From: Macrostomum lignano
Lineage: Eukaryota
Direction of reading: 5' to 3'
DNA length: 37,258 nt
Assembly (NCBI GenBank): GCA_002269645.1
Contig: NIVC01004714.1
Location: forward strand, 1 to 37,258
The notes below the pieces were generated by a model. The model did not search any database, was not told the origin of the DNA, and was given only the letters and a program-made list of their open reading frames with translations. Shown here in pieces: positions 31,501-37,258 of this stretch (within the stretch, counting starts at the first letter, position 1; each line of letters begins with the position of its first letter). A program made the translations under genes and the position numbers.

Positions 31501-34500
31501 TTATCATGTACTTAGGAGGGTCAACGGAGTCACGGAATTTAACTTTACTGGGGTCATTGGAATGGTACAGGGGGTCCTTGGAACGTTACTGGGGTCATTG
31601 GAATCGTAAAGGGGTCATTGGAATGGTACAGGGATCATTGGAATGGTAAAGGGTCATTGGAATGATACAGGGGGTCATTGGAATGGTACAGGAGGGTCAT
31701 TGGAATGTTACTGGGGTCATTGGAGTATTACTGGGGTCATTGGAATGGTACAGGGGGGTCATTGGAATGTTAATGGGGTCTTTGGAGTATTACTGGGGTC
31801 ATTGGAATCGTAAAGGGGTCATTGGAATGGTGCAGGGATCATTGGAATGGTACAGGGGGGTCATTGGAATGGTACAGGGGGTCATTGGAATGGTACAGGG
31901 GGTCATTGGAATGGTACAGGGGGTCATTGGAATGGTACAGGGGGGTCATTGGAATGTTACTGGGGTCATTGGAGTGTTACTGGGGTCATTGGAATGTTAC
32001 TGGGGTCATTGGAGTGTTACTGGGGTCATTGAAGTGGTACAGGGGGGTCATTGGAATGTTACTGGGGTCATTGGAGTGTTACTGGGGTCATTGGAACGTT
32101 ACTGGGGTCATTGGAATGGTACAGGGGTCATTGAAATGGTGGCGGGTCAGTAAAATAGCAACATGGTCATTCCAAAGGTATCATGTGTGACAGGAGGGTC
32201 AACGGAGTCACTGAAGTTTTACCCTCACCTGAAACTTGTTCTGCGAATTGAAGGGTATCTCAGCCAGTTTCGGGCATTTCAGTCTAGCGGCGGCCACCGA
32301 CTTGACTTCGCTGGGCAGGTTCAGCTCCGAGCACTTCAGCAGGGCCGTCTCGGAGGCGTCGCCGTTAACTTTACGGCGAAGCACCGGATGTGACTCCTGG
32401 TTGGCCTCAAATTTAGCCCGGCTGCAGAGCATAGCAACTCGAACTGAGAAGTTGGTTAGTTCACAAAGACTCAACTGTTTGACACAAAGACTCGGACTGT
32501 TAGACACAAAGACTCTACTGTTAGACACAAAGACTTGGACTGTTAGACACAAATATTCTACTGTTAGACACAAAGAATCTACTGTTAGACACAAAGACTC
32601 GGACTGTTAGACACAAAGACTCTACTGTTAGACACAAAGACTTGGACTGTTAGACACAAATATTCTACTGTTAGACACAAATATTCTACTGTTAGATACA
32701 AATAATCTACTTTTAGACACAAAGACTTGGACTGTTAGACACAAAGACTCGGAGTGTTAGACACAAAGACTTGGACTGTTAGACACAAAGACTCGGAGTG
32801 TTAGACACAAAGACTTGGACTGTTAGACACAAAGACTCAGAGTGTTAGACACAAAGACTCTACTGTTAGACACAAAGACTCAGAGTGTTAGACACAAAGA
32901 ATCTACTGTTAGACACAAAGAATCTACTGTTAGACACAAAGAATCTACTGTTAGACACAAGTATTCGGACTGTTAGACACAAAGAATCTACTGTTAGACA
33001 CAAGAATCTACTGTTAGACACAAGGATTCGGACTGTTAGACACAAAGAATCTACTGTTAGACACAAAGAATCTACTGTTAGACACAAGGATTCGGACTGT
33101 TAGACACAAAGACTCGGAGTGTTAGACACAAAGACTTGGACTGTTAGACACAAAGACTCAGAGTGTTAGACACAAAGACTTGAACTGTTAGACACAAAGA
33201 CTCAGAGTGTTAGACACAAAGACTCGGACTGTTAGACACAAAGACTCGGACTGTTAGACACAAAGACTCGGACTGTTAGACACAAAGACTTAGGCCCAGA
33301 AACTCATCTGCAATACATAACCTACTGTTAGAGACACAATGGACTGGTAGTCACAAATGCGACCTTTATGATCTGAGCTAATAGAACTGAAAATAAATAA
33401 ATTTGGCCGCAAATCTAGCTTACACAACGCTGAGCAAGTAACATCGCTAACATCGAATTTCTGACTTCCGCTCTGATTCTCAGTGGTGTCAACGTTGTAC
33501 ACTTTGCCGGAATACCACAGATGGGCAACCGTCATGCGATTCTGAGTCAGCGTACCTGCAATTAATCGGATTTAAGCGCCATCCACGTAGGTGTTTTTAA
33601 ATTAAAGTGTGTACCAGTAACTAAAAGTACTCTATCTCAAGTTTCACCGGTTTTGTCGGAGCAGATAACAGAGGTTGAGCCGAGCGTTTCGACAGCTTCC
33701 AGATTCTTAACCAGACAGTTTTTCACCGCCATCTGCTTAGCGGTCAGAGTGAGACAGAGCGTCACAGTTACCAACAAACCTTCGGGCACGTTGGCAACAA
33801 TGATACCAATGAGGAACAGCACCGACTGGATCCACTTGTAGCCAAAGGCGAATGAGATGCCAAAGAACACCAGGCCGGTGATAACTGCGACCGCCGTGAT
33901 GATGCGGACAAAGTAGTCGATTTCTCTGGCAATGGGAGTCTTGCCCGTGTCCAGACCGCTGGTGAGGTTAGCGATTCGCCCCATCACTGTGTTGTCGCCG
34001 GTGAAAGTCACAACACCGATGGCCTCTCCTTCGAGTACGTTGGTGGAAAAGAAAGCCAAATTCTTGGTCTCAAGAGGATTTTCGTGTGTAAACTCGGGCG
34101 ACCTGGGCTGCGGCTCGCTCTCCCCTGTGAGGCACGAGTTGTCCACCTTGAAGCTCTTGCAGCTCAGAACCCGGACGTCTGCTGGCATTCGATCGCCAGC
34201 CTGAACCCGGATGACATCGCCAACTACCAAATCTGTGGCGGAAACATCCTGCTCGACGCCGCTTCTGATGACACGAGCGTGCTGCGGCACCATCTTCTTG
34301 AAGCTGTCCATTATGGCTTCGGATTTGGACTCCTGGTAGAATGAGAAACAGCCGGTGAGCAGGTTGACAACTGCAAGCACGATGCCTAAGATGAGCTGCT
34401 CAATTTGAGCATACTGCCCGTTTTGAGCTCGGTCGATGCCGTAGGCCACAATGCACAGAATGGAGGCGATCCACAGCAGGTTGGCAAACATGTTGGTCAT

Positions 34501-35637
34501 GCAGCGCAGCAACCGCAGCCACTGAGGCGTTGTCGGCGGCGGCGTGAGCTCGTTGCTACCGTACAGTTCGAGCCTACGTTCGGCTTCGGATTCCTCTAAG
34601 CCCGATTCGGCGTCCGTGCCGAGTCGCTGGAGGGCAGAGAGAGAGTGAAGATGAGAGTTGCTTTTGTAGATAAGTTTAATAGTGAATCAAGGTTATTTGT
34701 CCAAAGCAAAAAATTCAAAATCCCCAAGCTCTATGGTCAGGTAAAAGCTGTGTTCATTAACCAGAAACGGAGCCAATAATGTAATCATGGCCAACGAACA
34801 TTGTGCATGCACATTGTTACAGCAGTTCATCAGGAAACGCAAACGCTAGCTGGAACTGCAACTCCTCTTCTCCTTTAACAAATGGAGGCCGATATATATC
34901 AAGAGGTGAATAAAAATTGCAGTAAATATTCGTGTTCAATAAACATAAAAATCAGGGGGGGGGGCAAAGATGCTTAATGATTAGCATAATTTTTTCAATA
35001 ACAGGAGCTCTAAGCTGTAAATCCTCCCCCTAAGGTGAGGTCTTTCACCGCGTTGCTTTTGTGACGTTCTAATGCGTCTGGCAAACGGTAAGTCTACAGC
35101 TGTAGTTCCAGGAAAAAAGCACAGAAAATCAAAAGACGGCAGCGGTTCAGGCAGGTTTTAGCTAATTAAGGAATTGGAACTGGTGTACAGTACAGCTGGT
35201 CAGGCCAGTTATTTTGGGAAAAATCTTTTTTCGGAAAGATGCTTTCTCGGGTTTGACATGCACAACACTTTTTTTAAATAAAGGCTCGCAGATATATTAG
35301 CACTGAAAATTACCTGCATCAACTCCGCAACGGGAACTTTGTGATCGTCAATTTCAATTTCTTTCTTCAAGTCGTTCAGTTCGCGATCTTTCCGCATCAC
35401 ATCCGTGTTGTTGATGTTGTAAGGCACATCGGCGCTGCTGTCTGCAGGAGGCCTCGGCGCCGGCCAGAGGAGTCGCATCCACCAGCTGCGAATGTTTCGA
35501 AAATCGATGATTGACGTCAGTGACGGCCGGCTGTCGTTGACCCTGACCGGCGGTCTTCGTTGGCGAGCGTAGCGATACTCGCGAAGAATTACACTGCGCG
35601 CAGCCAAAGGCGCTCGAAAACCCTGATGGTCTGGCAT
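25551..35637 (-). CDS. ATP1A: Na+/K+-ATPase alpha subunit (P2C), ~1086 aa. Exons 35637-35314, 34626-33648, 33555-33424, 32443-32229, 30026-29655, 28729-28273, 27494-26946, 25783-25551.
   Basis: Motifs present: [73 protein letters not shown]-terminal ETYY*. All splice phases fit, and the exon sum (3261 nt) is open. Confidence 0.95.
26023..26155. repeat. 21-bp minisatellite (GTGTTACAGGTGACAGACTCA), ~6 units, ATPase intron 7
   Basis: Near-perfect tandem units. Confidence 0.95.
26763..26916. repeat. 23/27-bp minisatellite (TGCAGTCATC[ATGC]ACTGAGGATTCTG) in the order A-B-A-B-A-A, ATPase intron 7
   Basis: Tandem units read directly from the sequence. Confidence 0.92.
28782..29476. repeat. 11-bp minisatellite (AGCAACAGCCT variants) with a ~250-bp higher-order duplication, ATPase intron 5
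   Basis: The same variant order recurs at 28841 and 29092, and at 29023 and 29269. Confidence 0.92.
30130..32220. repeat. ~2-kb G-rich 19-22 bp minisatellite (GGGGTCATTGGAATGGTACA / ..GTTACT), ATPase intron 4
   Basis: About 90-100 units. A diverged ~85-bp block occurs twice (31461-31548 and 32138-32220). Confidence 0.95.
32462..33290. repeat. 21-22 bp minisatellite (TGTTAGACACAAAGACTCGGAC variants), ~38 units, ATPase intron 3
   Basis: A nearly invariant TGTTAGACACAA core with a small set of recurring variant linkers. Confidence 0.95.
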
Positions 35638-36239
35638 ATTCTTTTAAATATTCAGGAGATTTGATGTGTCGCAATTTCAGAGCTGAGTCTGGAGTCTGGC
35701 TTGTTGAATTGAAACCCGGGTAAGTTGACGACTTGCTTCATAAATGCCTCAATGCCATAGACTAAAGCTCACGAGATAATTAAAGAATGTACTAATGTTC
35801 CATTCGGTTTTGAAGAATTGAATGATTTTTAAAAGTACATATTGGCTTTGACTTCGCAGTACTTACTTTTAAATACACGCAAACCCCAGCCTTAGCACAC
35901 TAATTCGTGTAATTATTACTTGCGACGAACTGCATCGATTCGTTGGTTCGTTACTAAATTGAGTTGATTCAATACTCTCAGCATTCCTCTCCCTCCAACT
36001 GCTCTGCTTCAGTCTGTTCTCAGATTAAGTGAGGCCGAGATCGGTAAATCAGTCCATTTCGATTAGTTTTAGCAGCCATGAAGAAGCGAAAAGAATCCAG
36101 TTGCGGCGTCTGCATGAAAATCCATAGTTATTGAGTACCAAGGCATGTTTCATGGTTTAAAATAGGAAATGTTTTGACTGCAATTTTTAATGCGCTTGTA
36201 GATTGCGCTTCTATCTCAGCGTGTTCTGCTGCAATTGTG

Positions 36240-36785
36240 AGGCAGGGAGTGAGGGAGAGGGTAAGCTAGATAGGGTTAGAGATGGTGAGGGAAAGGGTGA
36301 AAGATCGAGGGTGAGAAGGCTGAGGGAGAGGGTGAGATAGGGTGAGAAAGGGTGAGAGATAGAGTGAGCGATAGAGAGGTGATGGGAAGGTGAGGGAGAG
36401 TTGAAGAAGAGGGTGAGAGGGTAAGAGAGAGGGAAAGAAAAAGTGAGGGAGAGGGTGAGGGAGAGAGTGAGGGAGATGGTGGGGGAGAGGGTGACGGAGA
36501 GGGTGACGGAGAGGGTGACGGAGAGGGTGAGGGAGAGAGTGAGGGAGATGGTGGGGGAGAGGGTGACGGAGAGGGTGACGGAGAGGGTGACGGAGAGGGT
36601 GAGGGAGAGGGTGACGGAGAGGGTGACGGAGAGGGTGACGGAGAGGGTGAGGAGAGAGAGGTGAGGGAGAGGGTGAGGGAGAGGGTGAGGGAGAGGGTGA
36701 GGGAGAGGGTGAGGGAGAGGGTGAGGGAGAGGGTGAGGGAGAGAGTGAGGGAGGGTGAGGGAGAGGGTGAGTTAGAGGCTAGTGA
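36240..36785. repeat. Polypurine 12-bp repeat (GAGGGAGAGGGT / GACGGAGAGGGT) upstream of the ATPase
   Basis: Tandem units, almost purely purine on the + strand. Confidence 0.92.
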
Positions 36786-37258
36786 GAGGGTTTATGGAGA
36801 GAGCTCAAGAGAGGTAGGGGCGATGGTAAGGACAAGGTCGAAGGCGAAGTCGCAGGCACATACGCGTGAGTACCGCATTGCATTCAACCCAGTTTGACAT
36901 TTAACAACAATGAGCAGCTCAGATTCAACCGGCTCAAAGGTTAACAGCATTCGTGAAAATGGACTGAAATGCCATGTATACTTGCAAAGTTTTTTTGGAA
37001 CATCATTGCACTTTAACGGCGGGACTTTCCCTCGATTTTTTTTCAATTATGAATGCTTCATCTATCATTTCTGATTTTGATTTACAATGCAGCCCGGTTC
37101 CTAACAAAACTGATAATCAAATTCATGGCAGACTCGCCATGGGGGGCTACCAGGCAGGCAGACGGAGAAATTAAAATTGCAAAAAGCATGACAGACTGAA
37201 GCGAAAAAATTGGTAGCCATGCACGCATGAAGAACGGATGAGCGATTCGTAACTCTCG

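Noticed and set aside
30167-32190. Many + strand ORFs with GHWNG / SLEWYRG / GVIGMV repeats
   Set aside because: They are translations of the G-rich minisatellite in all three frames, antisense within an ATPase intron.
32462-33290. CRISPR-like array (constant TGTTAGACACAA with variable linkers)
   Set aside because: The linkers are only 9-10 bp and recur from a few variants. There are no cas genes, and it lies in a spliceosomal intron. It is a minisatellite.
25551-35637. Calling the pump an H+/K+-ATPase
   Set aside because: The Lys is at the N776 position, not S775 (gastric K791). TM8 keeps ICKTRR rather than IRKTRR, and TM4 is ANVPEG.
36443-36897. RE/RV-repeat ORFs
   Set aside because: They are a by-product of the 12-bp purine repeat, with no splice or start support.

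Overview
Eukaryotic (animal) genomic DNA with GT-AG introns, GC-rich exons and AT-rich, minisatellite-filled introns. A Macrostomum-like flatworm is my stylistic guess only. I hand-spliced five genes. (1) On the + strand, a TRIM-like RING/B-box/helical gene ends in an RPGRIP1L-type C-terminal C2 domain (46-2025; four 1-nt frameshifts). (2) On the - strand, a ~909-aa gene consists only of five tandem copies of that C2 domain (3223-8537). (3) Full-length RPGRIP1L/Fantom (10580-23201; 12 exons, ~1375 aa; one 1-nt frameshift). (4) An intronless ~1314-aa Ig-like type-I membrane protein gene is nested on the same strand in RPGRIP1L intron 1 (18438-22382). (5) A Na+/K+-ATPase alpha subunit (25551-35637; 8 exons, ~1086 aa) has Lys in place of the conserved TM5 ion-site Asn776 and substitutions at both classic ouabain sites. 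The two highlights are the local seven-copy amplification and redeployment of the RPGRIP1L C-terminal C2 domain, and a candidate reduced-stoichiometry sodium pump. All gene models are manual, with no transcript or database support.
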